A stretch of 64,000 bases of DNA from Candidatus Acetothermia bacterium (GCA_016179105.1 JACOSB010000160.1:164-64163), one strand, 5' to 3'. Shown: positions 8,680 to 17,197, numbered from the stretch's first letter. Notes: generated by a model from the letters alone, not told the origin. Made by a program: numbers and translations.

Positions 8680-10479
8680 ATGCGTACCAAACTGTCACTC
8701 CTGGTTATCGCTCTGATTTTTTATTTGTTCAGTGCAGGGGCAGCACAACCGGCTCTTTCCCCTTGCCCGCCCGCTCCAGCGCGCACCTTATTGCCCGGCG
8801 GTAGCGGTGAAGGGCAACAGTCCACGTCATTTTTGCAGCTCACGATTCAGCAGAAAGCCAAGGGGCTTGGTCCCTGTCGCGTCGGCCAAGAGCTGACGCT
8901 GAACGCCGTCGTTGCCTCTCTCGGAGCGATTGACCCGGATCAAGTACAATTTCTCATCGACGGTGCCCCCTTTCGCAACAGGCGCTTCACCTCCAGAGGA
9001 CCAGTTTCCACGGTCGGCCCACAACTCTTGGGTATTCAAGACAGCTGGACCGCAACGCCTTCCGAAAACATCAGCCATGAGATCAGCGCTTGTTTGAGCC
9101 TAAGCCCAAACCCTCCTCCTCTGTGCAGCACTTCTACGATTGATGTGCTTCGCATTGAGCTAAGAGAGGGAGTGGACTTCGCTCCCGGCATACTCTTGGT
9201 CAAGTTCAAACCGGGCGTAAGCTCCGGGGCGATTCAAGAGACGATCCGCCGTCTCAACACAACTCAAATCAGCTTCATCGCGTTCATTGAAGTTTATGTT
9301 TTGAGAATCACAGATGCCCAATCAGTGCTGCAGAAAATAGACGCCTTTCGGCGTGACTCAAACGTCCAGTACGCAGAACCCGACGGTTATTGGTATGCCC
9401 AGCAACAAATACCCAATGACCCGCAATTTTCAAAACAATGGAACCTTCGCAATCTCCCGACAGAGCATCCCTGCACTCGCAACGACATCACCGACGTTTT
9501 GTGGAATACGTTCTCACCACCCTTTCTCGACTGCAATCAGAAGGGCAAAGAGAAAGCCGACATCAGAGCCATGGACTTATGGGGACAATTTTCTAATAAC
9601 CAATTTAGCCAGGCGGTCACTGCAGCCGTCCTCGACAGCGGCATCGCCATACACCCGGACTTGGAAGCAAACGTCATCCGCACAGAGTCCAAAATTTTTA
9701 TAGACCCAAAGCTCAACGCTCCTGAAGACCAAGACACCAATATTTATGACACTTATGGGCATGGAACGTTTGTCGCGAGCATCATGGCCGCGTTGGGGAA
9801 CAACGGTCTCGGTCTCACGGGAATACTTTTTAATACCAAAGCCAAAGTCTGGCCTCTCAAAGTGAGCAAGAGTGGAAAACTCTTGTGGACTGACTTCGCT
9901 AATGCGATCGCCTACGTGCTCACACAAAAGACCCCAGCGAACATTCGCGTGATCAATCTCAGCTATGGCGGCATGAGGTCTGAGAGCTTGAGTAATGCCC
10001 TGGATCGTGTGAAAGAAGCCGGTTTACTCTTCATCACTTCTGCGGGAAACTATAAGCAAGACCTCGATCAAAAACCCTTTTACCCGTGCAGTTACGAGCG
10101 CGAGAATAAGAACGAGAATATCCTCTGCGTCGCCGCTTCGGACGATAAAGATCAACTATGGAGCGAATCCAGTTTTGGAGCTAAATCTGTCGATTTGGTT
10201 GCTCCTGGAGTAGACATCTTGGGGCTAATTCCCGAGGGATTGTCCTTGCCCGCGGGACGAAAATCGGCAGATTCTTCTTCGATCTTCGTGGGCAGCGGGA
10301 CTTCCTTTGCGGCCCCCCATGTGACGGCCGTCGTCGCTAGTCTGTGGGCGCGTTGCCCCACGGCGAGCGCGACGGTCATCCGGCGTATCCTGCTCGATGG
10401 AGTGGAGAAGCTTCATTTGCAGGCGCAAGTCGCCAGCGGAGGCCGCCTGCGCTGGCCGGAGAAAGTGAGCTGTAACTAG
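8680..10479 (+). CDS. Secreted subtilisin-like serine protease (peptidase S8) with an I9-like propeptide
   Basis: RBS AGGAGG then ATG. Signal peptide MRTKLSLLVIALIFYLFSAGAA. Catalytic-triad motifs are AVLDSGI (Asp), HGTFVASIMAA (His) and GTSFAAPHVTAVVASL (Ser). The in-frame extension to 8266 was rejected. Confidence 0.85.
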   Translation: MRTKLSLLVIALIFYLFSAGAAQPALSPCPPAPARTLLPGGSGEGQQSTSFLQLTIQQKAKGLGPCRVGQELTLNAVVASLGAIDPDQVQFLIDGAPFRNRRFTSRGPVSTVGPQLLGIQDSWTATPSENISHEISACLSLSPNPPPLCSTSTIDVLRIELREGVDFAPGILLVKFKPGVSSGAIQETIRRLNTTQISFIAFIEVYVLRITDAQSVLQKIDAFRRDSNVQYAEPDGYWYAQQQIPNDPQFSKQWNLRNLPTEHPCTRNDITDVLWNTFSPPFLDCNQKGKEKADIRAMDLWGQFSNNQFSQAVTAAVLDSGIAIHPDLEANVIRTESKIFIDPKLNAPEDQDTNIYDTYGHGTFVASIMAALGNNGLGLTGILFNTKAKVWPLKVSKSGKLLWTDFANAIAYVLTQKTPANIRVINLSYGGMRSESLSNALDRVKEAGLLFITSAGNYKQDLDQKPFYPCSYERENKNENILCVAASDDKDQLWSESSFGAKSVDLVAPGVDILGLIPEGLSLPAGRKSADSSSIFVGSGTSFAAPHVTAVVASLWARCPTASATVIRRILLDGVEKLHLQAQVASGGRLRWPEKVSCN

Positions 10480-10532
10480 TAGGGGCAGACCTACGTGTCT
10501 GCCCAAGGGCGAACACAAAGGTTCGCCCCTAC
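10479..10532 (+). repeat. Palindromic element, family A copy 1 (outer stem GTAGGGGC...GCCCCTAC with two inner hairpins)
   Basis: GTAGGGGCAGACCTACGTGTCTGCCCAAGGGCGAACACAAAGGTTCGCCCCTAC. It overlaps the TAG stop of the protease gene. Confidence 0.75.
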
Positions 10533-10564
10533 TCTGGTTTGTGAATTTGAGAAAGTGATCTCCC

Positions 10565-11464
10565 ATGCAATTACTCGAACAAGCGGCCCACTCCGGATGG
10601 ACGGCTGAGCTCAAAGAGAAATTTGTACATGCCTACGACCGACAGATCGGGCGATCGGTCTTAACTCTCTTGGCGCAGTATGGGCTCATCTCTAGCGCGC
10701 GAGAACTTAGCCTCTTGCGGCAGCATATAGAGTTGCGATTGGAGGGCAAGGCCAAAGCCAGCTCGAGCGAGCGGGTGGATCTTTTATGTGACGTCTACGT
10801 GAAAACCTATCACGAAGTCTTTCAAGAGCGCTTTGTGAAACGCTGGCTTTCTCAAGATCATGCTGCCGAGAGTTCTTTTGAACGCTATCTGCACGGCCTC
10901 ATCCGACACCAATTCTTCGCGGCCTTGGGCAAAGAAGATCTTTCCGAGAAAGAGCTCTTGGACCGGATCGTCCAGAGCAAGCGCGCCGAGACAAAAGAAA
11001 CCCATTTGCGGGAGGCCAAGTCGCGTCTCTGGGAGCGCGCAAGAGCCGCTCTGCTCTGTGTATCCACTCACGAGCTAGTACACCACCACGATGTTTTTGT
11101 AGGGGCAACCCCCCGTGGTTGCCCTCAAACTGGGCAGGCACAGGGGCCTGCCCCTACCATGAATAATCAACATAGTCGAGTACTGGAGCCTCAAGAAGCC
11201 CATCAGTTAGCAACCCAGGTTGATCGCCACATAGACGCGATCACGCACTATTTTTTCGAATGCTTCCTGCCCGAGCGTTATCCCCAGTTGATGGTGACCG
11301 CTCACGGCTCAAGCTTCGAGCGTTTGCTGGAATCTTTCCGTCAAGAACACTATCGACCGGGAAAGCTGAGCGATGAGATTCTCAACTACCGAGGGCGTTT
11401 GTCGCGTCGCCCGCCAGTGCGTCTCGTGGCCGGAGTTGAAGAAGATGAAGGAGATGACCAATAA
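10565..11464 (+). CDS. Hypothetical protein, 299 aa, with a possible divergent sigma-70/ECF-like N-terminal half. An in-frame palindromic-element insertion sits at codons ~179-198, so it may be a fusion of two genes.
   Basis: A region-4-like segment THLREAKSRLWERARAAL resembles the ECF sigma 4.2 motif. Family A palindrome 11099-11157 lies inside the ORF, encoding VGATPRGCPQTGQAQGPAPT. A TAG in the +1 frame at 11076-11078 sits about 20 nt before the palindrome, as stop codons do at the other copies. Confidence 0.4.
   Translation: MQLLEQAAHSGWTAELKEKFVHAYDRQIGRSVLTLLAQYGLISSARELSLLRQHIELRLEGKAKASSSERVDLLCDVYVKTYHEVFQERFVKRWLSQDHAAESSFERYLHGLIRHQFFAALGKEDLSEKELLDRIVQSKRAETKETHLREAKSRLWERARAALLCVSTHELVHHHDVFVGATPRGCPQTGQAQGPAPTMNNQHSRVLEPQEAHQLATQVDRHIDAITHYFFECFLPERYPQLMVTAHGSSFERLLESFRQEHYRPGKLSDEILNYRGRLSRRPPVRLVAGVEEDEGDDQ
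11099..11157 (+). repeat. Palindromic element, family A copy 2, located inside an ORF
   Basis: GTAGGGGCAACCCCCCGTGGTTGCCCTCAAACTGGGCAGGCACAGGGGCCTGCCCCTAC has the same architecture as copy 1: an outer 8-bp stem plus two inner hairpins. Confidence 0.75.
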
Positions 11465-11473
11465 TGAGGGACT

Positions 11474-11890
11474 ATGGACGACTGGGCACGCGAGTTGCGC
11501 TTGATCGTGTGGGATGGACTCTTGCGAGGCAACCCACCGAACGCGAACGACTCCGAACAGTTACAGAAACTCTGGGCTGCGCGCGAGACGCTGGGCGAAT
11601 CGAGCCGACAGGCACTACGCCTCTGTTTGGCTTGTCTCGCGTTGGCACAGGACGCATCGCCGGCGCTCCGCGAAGAGCTACGAATTTTTATAGCGTACTA
11701 TTTGAGTCGCGACGGCAGCGCTCCTATCAAGAGCCTGCCCGAGCCTCAATCTTCCCAAGAGTTGACTCTCGAGCGCTTGCGTGGACGCGAGATGAGCTGG
11801 GAGCAGATTTTTCAAATCTTTGGGCGCACGGCCAATCCCGATCGCGTGCGAAAACTCTTGCACGAGCAGCTCGATCGCGTGGGGGCGTGA
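11474..11890 (+). CDS. Hypothetical protein (138 aa)
   Basis: ORF sits 10 nt after the preceding stop, with no recognisable motif. It is probably co-transcribed with the flanking genes. Confidence 0.45.
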   Translation: MDDWARELRLIVWDGLLRGNPPNANDSEQLQKLWAARETLGESSRQALRLCLACLALAQDASPALREELRIFIAYYLSRDGSAPIKSLPEPQSSQELTLERLRGREMSWEQIFQIFGRTANPDRVRKLLHEQLDRVGA

Positions 11891-11896
11891 TTAAAA

Positions 11897-12409
11897 ATGT
11901 CCTCTGAAGATATTTTCGAGCAGAGTTTGCGTGGGGAACTGCGTGAGATCGCTCACTCCAGTCACCCTTCCTTCGCGATGCTTTTCAGCCACGCCCAACA
12001 GAATCTAGAAGCATCTCAACAGGGTTCACTCATGGCGCATGTGGTGAGTTGCGCGCGCTGTCAACGCGAGCTACAGACAATTCGGGAGGAACTGACTGTC
12101 TTGGATCAGGCGCTGCCCCAGTTTCTTCGCCAGAGCATGGAAGAGAAACCCAGTCCAGTGATACGGGAGACCAACCTCTGGCAAAGATGGTGGCAAAGTA
12201 TTCGTGCTCATCCATTTTTCTATGTTCATGTGAGCACCTACGCAGCAGCGGCGGCTGTGCTGATCGCTTTCAACCGAAGCCAGATGTGTTTCCCAACTCC
12301 ATCGATCGGGTGTCCGCAAAGTTCGGTGTCTTGGTGGGTCCAGTGGTTTTTAGTGCCGTGGGGGTTATTGCTTGCGGCACATATTTGGAAAACCTTCAAG
12401 AATCGTTAA
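11897..12409 (+). CDS. Putative anti-sigma factor with a zf-HC2-type zinc finger and a C-terminal transmembrane segment
   Basis: HVVSCARCQRELQ (H-x3-C-x2-C) resembles zf-HC2 of ChrR/RsrA-like anti-sigmas. Hydrophobic stretches FFYVHVSTYAAAAAVLIAF and WFLVPWGLLLAAHIW are present. A terminator hairpin GCCTTCTGAATGTCCGAAGGC follows the stop. Confidence 0.45.
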   Translation: MSSEDIFEQSLRGELREIAHSSHPSFAMLFSHAQQNLEASQQGSLMAHVVSCARCQRELQTIREELTVLDQALPQFLRQSMEEKPSPVIRETNLWQRWWQSIRAHPFFYVHVSTYAAAAAVLIAFNRSQMCFPTPSIGCPQSSVSWWVQWFLVPWGLLLAAHIWKTFKNR

Positions 12410-12596
12410 AGTGTTAAGAACGTCTAATACTGTTTTGCCTTCTGAATGTCCGAAGGCTGGCGTTACCAGATCAGCATTTTTCGCCCATCTATCACGACAT
12501 GATCAATGCAAAACAGTATAACAGAACCGATAAGAGATTCGCTATTGGCTTTTAGCAATTGGCCGTTAGTTGACACAGCCAATAGCCAACAGCCCT

Positions 12597-13019
12597 TCAC
12601 CCCACCATCTCGCTCTCTTTGAAGAAGAGTGCGACCTCGCGTTTAGCTGATTCCGGCCCATCGGAACCGTGTATCAAATTTTTTGTCAGATCGAGGCCGT
12701 AGTCGCCGCGGATCGTGCCGGGCGTGGCGTTGAAAGGGTTGGTCGCGCCCATCATCGCGCGCACGACGCTGATCGCATTGGGACCTTGCACGACCATCGC
12801 CAAGGCGGGTCCGTCCGTGACAAACTTGACCAATTCTTTGAAGAACGGTTTTTCTTTGAGCTCTGTATAATGCGTCTCGGCTAATTTTTTGTCGATTCGG
12901 ATCAGCCTCGCTGCGATGATTCTCAGATTCTTCTTCTCCAAGCGACTGATCAACTCTCCCACCAAGCGACGCTCGACCGCGTCGGGTTTGAGCATCACAA
13001 ATGTCTTCTCGTTCACCAT
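12597..13019 (-). CDS. ndk: Nucleoside diphosphate kinase
   Basis: FVMLKPDAVERRLVGELISRLEKK...NLIHGSDGPESAKREVALFF carries the canonical NDK motifs. Confidence 0.95.
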   Translation of the reverse strand: MVNEKTFVMLKPDAVERRLVGELISRLEKKNLRIIAARLIRIDKKLAETHYTELKEKPFFKELVKFVTDGPALAMVVQGPNAISVVRAMMGATNPFNATPGTIRGDYGLDLTKNLIHGSDGPESAKREVALFFKESEMVG

Positions 13020-13072
13020 AAATGCTCCCTCTTATGAGTTTAGTCAGAATGCGCTCTAAGGCCCGCAACTCA

Positions 13073-13124
13073 CCGCAGAGACGCCCAAAGATTTTCTTGG
13101 CGACCTTGGCGGCTTGGCGGTTCT
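13073..13124 (-). repeat. Family B dispersed repeat, copy 1 (three CGCCAAG heptads then AGAAAATCT...CTCTGCG)
   Basis: Reverse complement is gaaCCGCCAAGcCGCCAAGGtCGCCAAGAAAATCTtTGGgcgtCTCTGCGg. It is about 90% identical to 25616-25667. It lies between the dnaN stop and the ndk start. Confidence 0.7.
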
Positions 13125-13127
13125 GTC

Positions 13128-14258
13128 TCAAAAATCCATACGAATGGGCATGCAGACGTACAGAAAGCCGCGATCGTCTTCGCTGTCGCTCGGCTCGAGC
13201 AGACCGGCGCTCTCGGCATCGGCCAGCCAGAGGGTCACTTCATCAGACTTCACGCGCTTGAGTGCATCGATCAGATACTCGGCTCGGAACGAAATTTTCA
13301 CTTCGCTGATCTTCTTCTTGAGTTCAAGCGTCTCTTGCGCCTCACCCTTCTCGGCCGCTTGCGAGCTAAGCTGCAGCTTCGTGCCCGACGCGTTCAGAAT
13401 CACGGCATCGGACTCTTCGGCCGCTGTAATCTGCGCGCGCTGGAGCGCATTCAAAAAAACTTGGCGATCGAGCAGCAGTCCAATCGTGTTGTCACGTGGG
13501 ACTACTTTATCAAAGTCAGGATACTCTTCATCAATCAGCCGGGCGACAAAAACGACCGGACCCGACTTAAAGAAGAGATAATTGTCGGACTGATATAATT
13601 CTACTTGCTCGGCTTTGAGCTGCGAGAGAATGCTCGCGAGGTCTCGCAGCGAATCGGCAGCAGCGAGAAATTCTCCCTCGACGTTCGCCGCGCTCTCCAA
13701 CTTTTCTTCTTTAAGTGCGAGCCGATAACCGTTCGTCGCGACCATCTTGAGCGAATTTTTCTCTAAGACTAAGTCGACGCCCGTGAGACTCAAACGGGAT
13801 GTGTCGCGCGCCATGTGCGCCGAGAATGTCGTCAATTCCAGGGCACGCTCGAGCTGAGGCTTCGCGAGCTGACAGATGCGTTTACCCGGCAGGGTAGGGA
13901 TTTCGGGATAGTCTTCTTTAGGCAGCATGAAGAGATCGAAGGTCGCGCCGCCGCAGACGATCTCGACTTTGCCGGTGCCCTTGACGATCTTCATCGTCAA
14001 TTTATCGGCGGGAAGGGTGTTAGCGATTTTTGAAAGCAATTCGCCGTTCAGGACGACGACTTCGTCGCCGCCCGAATTCTCGATCGGGACCGAGCACCAG
14101 ATCGCTCGCTCCAAGTCGGTCGCGTACAGATTCAATTGATTGCCTTGAGTTTCTAGCTTGATGCCGGTAAGAATCGGCATGCTGGTGGCACGTCCCAGAG
14201 CACGACCAGCGACCTTGACTCCGAAAACCATCTCATCTCGGCCGCAAGAGAATTCCAT
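13128..14258 (-). CDS. dnaN: DNA polymerase III beta subunit (sliding clamp)
   Basis: 376 aa with ...NQLNLYATDLE..., ...VCMPIRMDF C-terminus and three-domain length. Confidence 0.9.
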   Translation of the reverse strand: MEFSCGRDEMVFGVKVAGRALGRATSMPILTGIKLETQGNQLNLYATDLERAIWCSVPIENSGGDEVVVLNGELLSKIANTLPADKLTMKIVKGTGKVEIVCGGATFDLFMLPKEDYPEIPTLPGKRICQLAKPQLERALELTTFSAHMARDTSRLSLTGVDLVLEKNSLKMVATNGYRLALKEEKLESAANVEGEFLAAADSLRDLASILSQLKAEQVELYQSDNYLFFKSGPVVFVARLIDEEYPDFDKVVPRDNTIGLLLDRQVFLNALQRAQITAAEESDAVILNASGTKLQLSSQAAEKGEAQETLELKKKISEVKISFRAEYLIDALKRVKSDEVTLWLADAESAGLLEPSDSEDDRGFLYVCMPIRMDF

Positions 14259-14874
14259 ACTGTTCCCCCTTTTCGCGAATCTTTTCCATCATCATATTCG
14301 TGAGCTGCTCGACGCTCTGCGTGGCATCTAAGTGCAAGCCGTCTTCATTGAGCTGGGCGATCTGCTCCCAATATGCCGAGCGCACGCGCTGCAAAAATTC
14401 AAGCCCCGCGATCTCCATGCGGTCTCGCTGCCCGCGCTTACGCTGTAACGCTAGCTCTACCGGCAGGTCGAGCAAGACTGTGAGATCGGGCTTGAGCCCG
14501 CCGGTCGCCAACTCATTCAGCGTTTCGATCAGCTCTAAACTCAACCCGCGCCCGTACCCTTGATACGCAACGCTCGACATCGTAAAGCGATCCGCCAGCA
14601 CGATTTTTTTAGATTCGAGCGCCGGCCGGATCACCGTCTGGACCAATTGGTGCCGCGAGGCTTCGAAGAGAAATAATTCAGCCACAGGCTCCAGTTGCAA
14701 CGTCTTGTCGAGTAACGTGTGGCGAATTTTATCCCCCGCGGGTGTTCCTCCTGGCTCCTCGACCGTGACGACATCGTGGCCACATTGTACCAAGTTTTGC
14801 TTCACCCGTCGCATCAGAGTCGACTTGCCGCTGCCGTCAATCCCCTCGAGCGCGACGAAGAGCCCGCGACTCAT
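14233..14874 (-). CDS. tmk: Thymidylate kinase
   Basis: FVALEGIDGSGKST P-loop and the DRF..S motif. It overlaps dnaN by 26 nt. Confidence 0.9.
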   Translation of the reverse strand: MSRGLFVALEGIDGSGKSTLMRRVKQNLVQCGHDVVTVEEPGGTPAGDKIRHTLLDKTLQLEPVAELFLFEASRHQLVQTVIRPALESKKIVLADRFTMSSVAYQGYGRGLSLELIETLNELATGGLKPDLTVLLDLPVELALQRKRGQRDRMEIAGLEFLQRVRSAYWEQIAQLNEDGLHLDATQSVEQLTNMMMEKIREKGEQYGILLRPR

Positions 14875-15371
14875 AGACTGCCCGTGGTCTCGTTGCTGGA
14901 GGCTTCTTGGGGTTCTTCTCGGCGTTTGAGCAAACTTAGAACGACGAGCCCCGTGCCGACCACGATCGCGGTATCCGCCACGTTAAAGACTGGGAAGTTG
15001 AAATGGGGAAGATAGCTGAAGTGCAAAAAATCGATGACATAACCGTAGTGAAACCGATCGATGAGATTCCCGATCGCACCGCCAGCAATCAGAACGAGCC
15101 CGGACTTAAGCGTCCTGTCCTGCACCCGTCCCGAAAAGAGCGCCCCTAGAATACCGATGCTGATGAGCGAAGCGACGAGCGTGATCCAGTTTCCGGCTTC
15201 TTCGTTATTCTGGAAGACGCCGAAGGCTCCTCCGTGATTATGCGCTTGCGTGATCTGAAAAAATCTTCCCCACACTTCGATGGACTCGCCCTGCTCCACC
15301 GATCGTACGATGAAAAATTTGCTAAGTTGGTCAACTAAAGTGACGACGGTAACCCACATTAATCCGTTCAT
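14871..15371 (-). CDS. lspA: Lipoprotein signal peptidase II
   Basis: 166 aa membrane protein with ...FNVADTAIVVG... and NLIDR motifs. It overlaps tmk by 4 nt. Confidence 0.85.
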   Translation of the reverse strand: MNGLMWVTVVTLVDQLSKFFIVRSVEQGESIEVWGRFFQITQAHNHGGAFGVFQNNEEAGNWITLVASLISIGILGALFSGRVQDRTLKSGLVLIAGGAIGNLIDRFHYGYVIDFLHFSYLPHFNFPVFNVADTAIVVGTGLVVLSLLKRREEPQEASSNETTGSL

Positions 15372-15410
15372 AAATATTACGTGCGAGTATAGACAAAAAA
15401 GCTCTTAAAA

Positions 15411-16538
15411 TCAATCGTTTTGGGCTAAAACCGATCGGAGAGCCTGGAATATCTTTTGGTTGTTCACAGAATCTTTGACGGCGGTGCGAATGAATTTCCC
15501 CGAAAAATGAAGGCTTTGCGAGTCGCAGTTGCGAATATGCACCCCCTGCTCGCGCACCTCGCGATACACTTGAGCCGCTGATTTTTTCGAGTGCGCCAAT
15601 TCCATCAAGATAAAATTTGCCACTGAATCATAGACTTTGAGTCCAGCGATCGTGCTCAGCTCTTGACTGAGTTCGCTACGCAGCCGATGCGTCTCTTGCA
15701 CTTTCGCGCGATAGTATTTTTCGTCGCTCAGCGCTTCGACGGCCGCGACTTGTGCGAGCAAACCCACTGCCCAAGGCGGAGAGAACGCCTTCAAGCGTTC
15801 AATAATCTCTTGAGAAGCCGCGAGATAAGCGACTCGTGCTCCGCTCAGCGCATAGAACTTGGACATCGATTTGATAACAATAAGATTATCGTAGCGCGAC
15901 ACCCACGACTCGACCGACGGAGAGGGCGTCACATAATCAACATACGTCTCATCGATAAACAGCAGTGTGTCCGAAGTGATCTCTTCGAGCAAGTTGCGCA
16001 CAAACTCACGCGTGACATATTGACCCGTGGGATTGTTCGGGTTCACCAGAATGATCATATCTGCATCGACGGCATTTGTAATCAGAGACTCAAACGCGAC
16101 ACGGAACGAAGTCTCTTTGGACTGAAAATTTCTCACGGGTTCTACGGGCAAGACGTTCTCCATGATGTGTGTGTACTCGCCGTACATGGGATCGAGCAAA
16201 AGCACACGAGCGCCTTTCGCGAGCAAATTGGGAAACGCGAGATACATCAGGTCCGAAGAGCCGCCGCCGGTGATCAAATTTTCTGGAGGAATCCCGCGCA
16301 CTTGAGAAATCGTTCGGATGAGCCCCTCACTGTAAATCGGGGGACTGGTCCTCACGAGCCAGGGCAGATACTCGGAGAGCTTGGCTGTCACTTTAGGAGA
16401 CGGGTCGTACCAGGCGTCCACTACATCGGCATTGATGATTTGGTTCTTTCGCTCTAGATCAGAAAAATCAGGACCGATATCCTCAAAGAAAGCGCCACCG
16501 TGATAAGCTTGAGCAATTTTCTCTTTTTGTATTTTCAT
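15411..16538 (-). CDS. PLP-dependent class I/II aminotransferase (HisC/CobD family)
   Basis: 375 aa with ...SMSKFYALSGARVAYL... (PLP-lysine motif) and NPNNPTG. Confidence 0.8.
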   Translation of the reverse strand: MKIQKEKIAQAYHGGAFFEDIGPDFSDLERKNQIINADVVDAWYDPSPKVTAKLSEYLPWLVRTSPPIYSEGLIRTISQVRGIPPENLITGGGSSDLMYLAFPNLLAKGARVLLLDPMYGEYTHIMENVLPVEPVRNFQSKETSFRVAFESLITNAVDADMIILVNPNNPTGQYVTREFVRNLLEEITSDTLLFIDETYVDYVTPSPSVESWVSRYDNLIVIKSMSKFYALSGARVAYLAASQEIIERLKAFSPPWAVGLLAQVAAVEALSDEKYYRAKVQETHRLRSELSQELSTIAGLKVYDSVANFILMELAHSKKSAAQVYREVREQGVHIRNCDSQSLHFSGKFIRTAVKDSVNNQKIFQALRSVLAQND

Positions 16539-16713
16539 CTCACACCTCGGCTTGACTCAGTGATAGTAAAAGACTATTTCCCCAGGCTTAAAAGATACTT
16601 AAAACTCGCTGCGAGCGTACGGCATTGGAGGAGGGAAAGTCAAGTGAGGCGTTTTGTGCGATTCTCGAAAAAATCTCGCTCCGAGTGTAATCTTGCAGAC
16701 TCTGAGAGAGTTT

Positions 16714-16828
16714 CAGGGTGAGGGGGGTTACCGACTTCGGGGAGCTTGGGAGGTAGACTGGGTGTGCAACCTCTCAATCCTCCTTGGGCTGCCCGGGGAC
16801 GAACTCACCCTGGGCCGCCTGACTTTTT
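16714..16828 (+). ncRNA. Candidate structured RNA or long terminator-like element. It is closed by a 9-bp helix CAGGGUGAG/CUCACCCUG with a UUCG tetraloop inside and ends in a U-run.
   Basis: Long-range inverted repeat 16714-16722 / 16804-16812 encloses GGGGGGUUACCGACUUCGGGGAGC...GGGCUGCCCGGGG. It is followed by GGCCGCCUGACUUUUU. The 430-nt intergenic region holds no supported CDS. A weak -10 TAATCT sits at 16686. Confidence 0.25.
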
Positions 16829-16974
16829 GGAGACTTTTCATCTTTCGCCTTGGAATCACGGAACGCCCTGAAAGACTACACAGAAAACGCGGAAGAAAGG
16901 CAAGCCGTTTTCCGTGTTTTCAGTGATGTGTTTTCGATTCAGAATCATGCGAACAAAAAGGAAGAAAAAACGGG

Positions 16975-17047
16975 CGGTCCCAACGGGATTTGAACCCGTG
17001 TTTACGCCTTGAGAGAGCGTCGTCCTAGGCCGCTAGACTATGGGACC
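16975..17047 (-). tRNA. tRNA-Glu (anticodon CUC)
   Basis: Cloverleaf: GGTCCCA|TA|GTCT..GGAC|G|ACGCT-CTCTCAA-GGCGT|AAAC|ACGGG-TTCAAAT-CCCGT|TGGGACC|G. U33 and A37 are present. CCA is not encoded. Confidence 0.7.
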
Positions 17048-17140
17048 GGACTGTTTTCAGCGAAAAGATGCTTTAATATAGCAAATGCAGCCCAGAGGGT
17101 CAAGGTGAATCGAGCCAGCAGTTCTTGTTTTTCGTAGCTG

Positions 17141-17167
17141 TTCTTGGCGCTCTTCGCGTCTTGGCGG
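17141..17167 (-). repeat. Family B-related repeat fragment (CCGCCAAGACGCGAAGAGCGCCAAGAA) upstream of the tRNA-Ser promoter
   Basis: Reverse complement matches the 45586-45620 variant GCCAAGGCACGAAGAGCGCCCAGAAAAATCT. Confidence 0.5.
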
Positions 17168-17168
17168 T

Positions 17169-17197
17169 TTGATGAGAGAGAACTCGACTGTTATAAT
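17169..17197 (+). promoter_or_regulatory. Sigma-70-type promoter for tRNA-Ser (TTGATG -17 nt- TATAAT)
   Basis: -35 at 17169-17174, 17-nt spacer, -10 TATAAT at 17192-17197. The tRNA starts 13 nt downstream. Confidence 0.6.

Noticed and set aside
12643-13131. 162-aa minus-strand ORF and a 71-aa plus ORF overlapping ndk
   Set aside because: ndk is unambiguous in its own frame. The overlapping ORFs are Arg-rich, low-complexity GC-frame artefacts.
16714-16828. Identification of the structured element as SRP RNA, tmRNA or RNase P RNA
   Set aside because: Partial resemblance (CAGCCCAAGGAGG versus SRP CAGCCAAGGCAG) is present. The GGAA-tetraloop domain IV core, the tmRNA tRNA-like ends and RNase P P4 sequences are not, so no family is assigned.
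16654-16926. 90-aa ORF in the aminotransferase/tRNA intergenic region
   Set aside because: No RBS. Its composition is dominated by the GC-rich hairpin element. More likely non-coding structured RNA.
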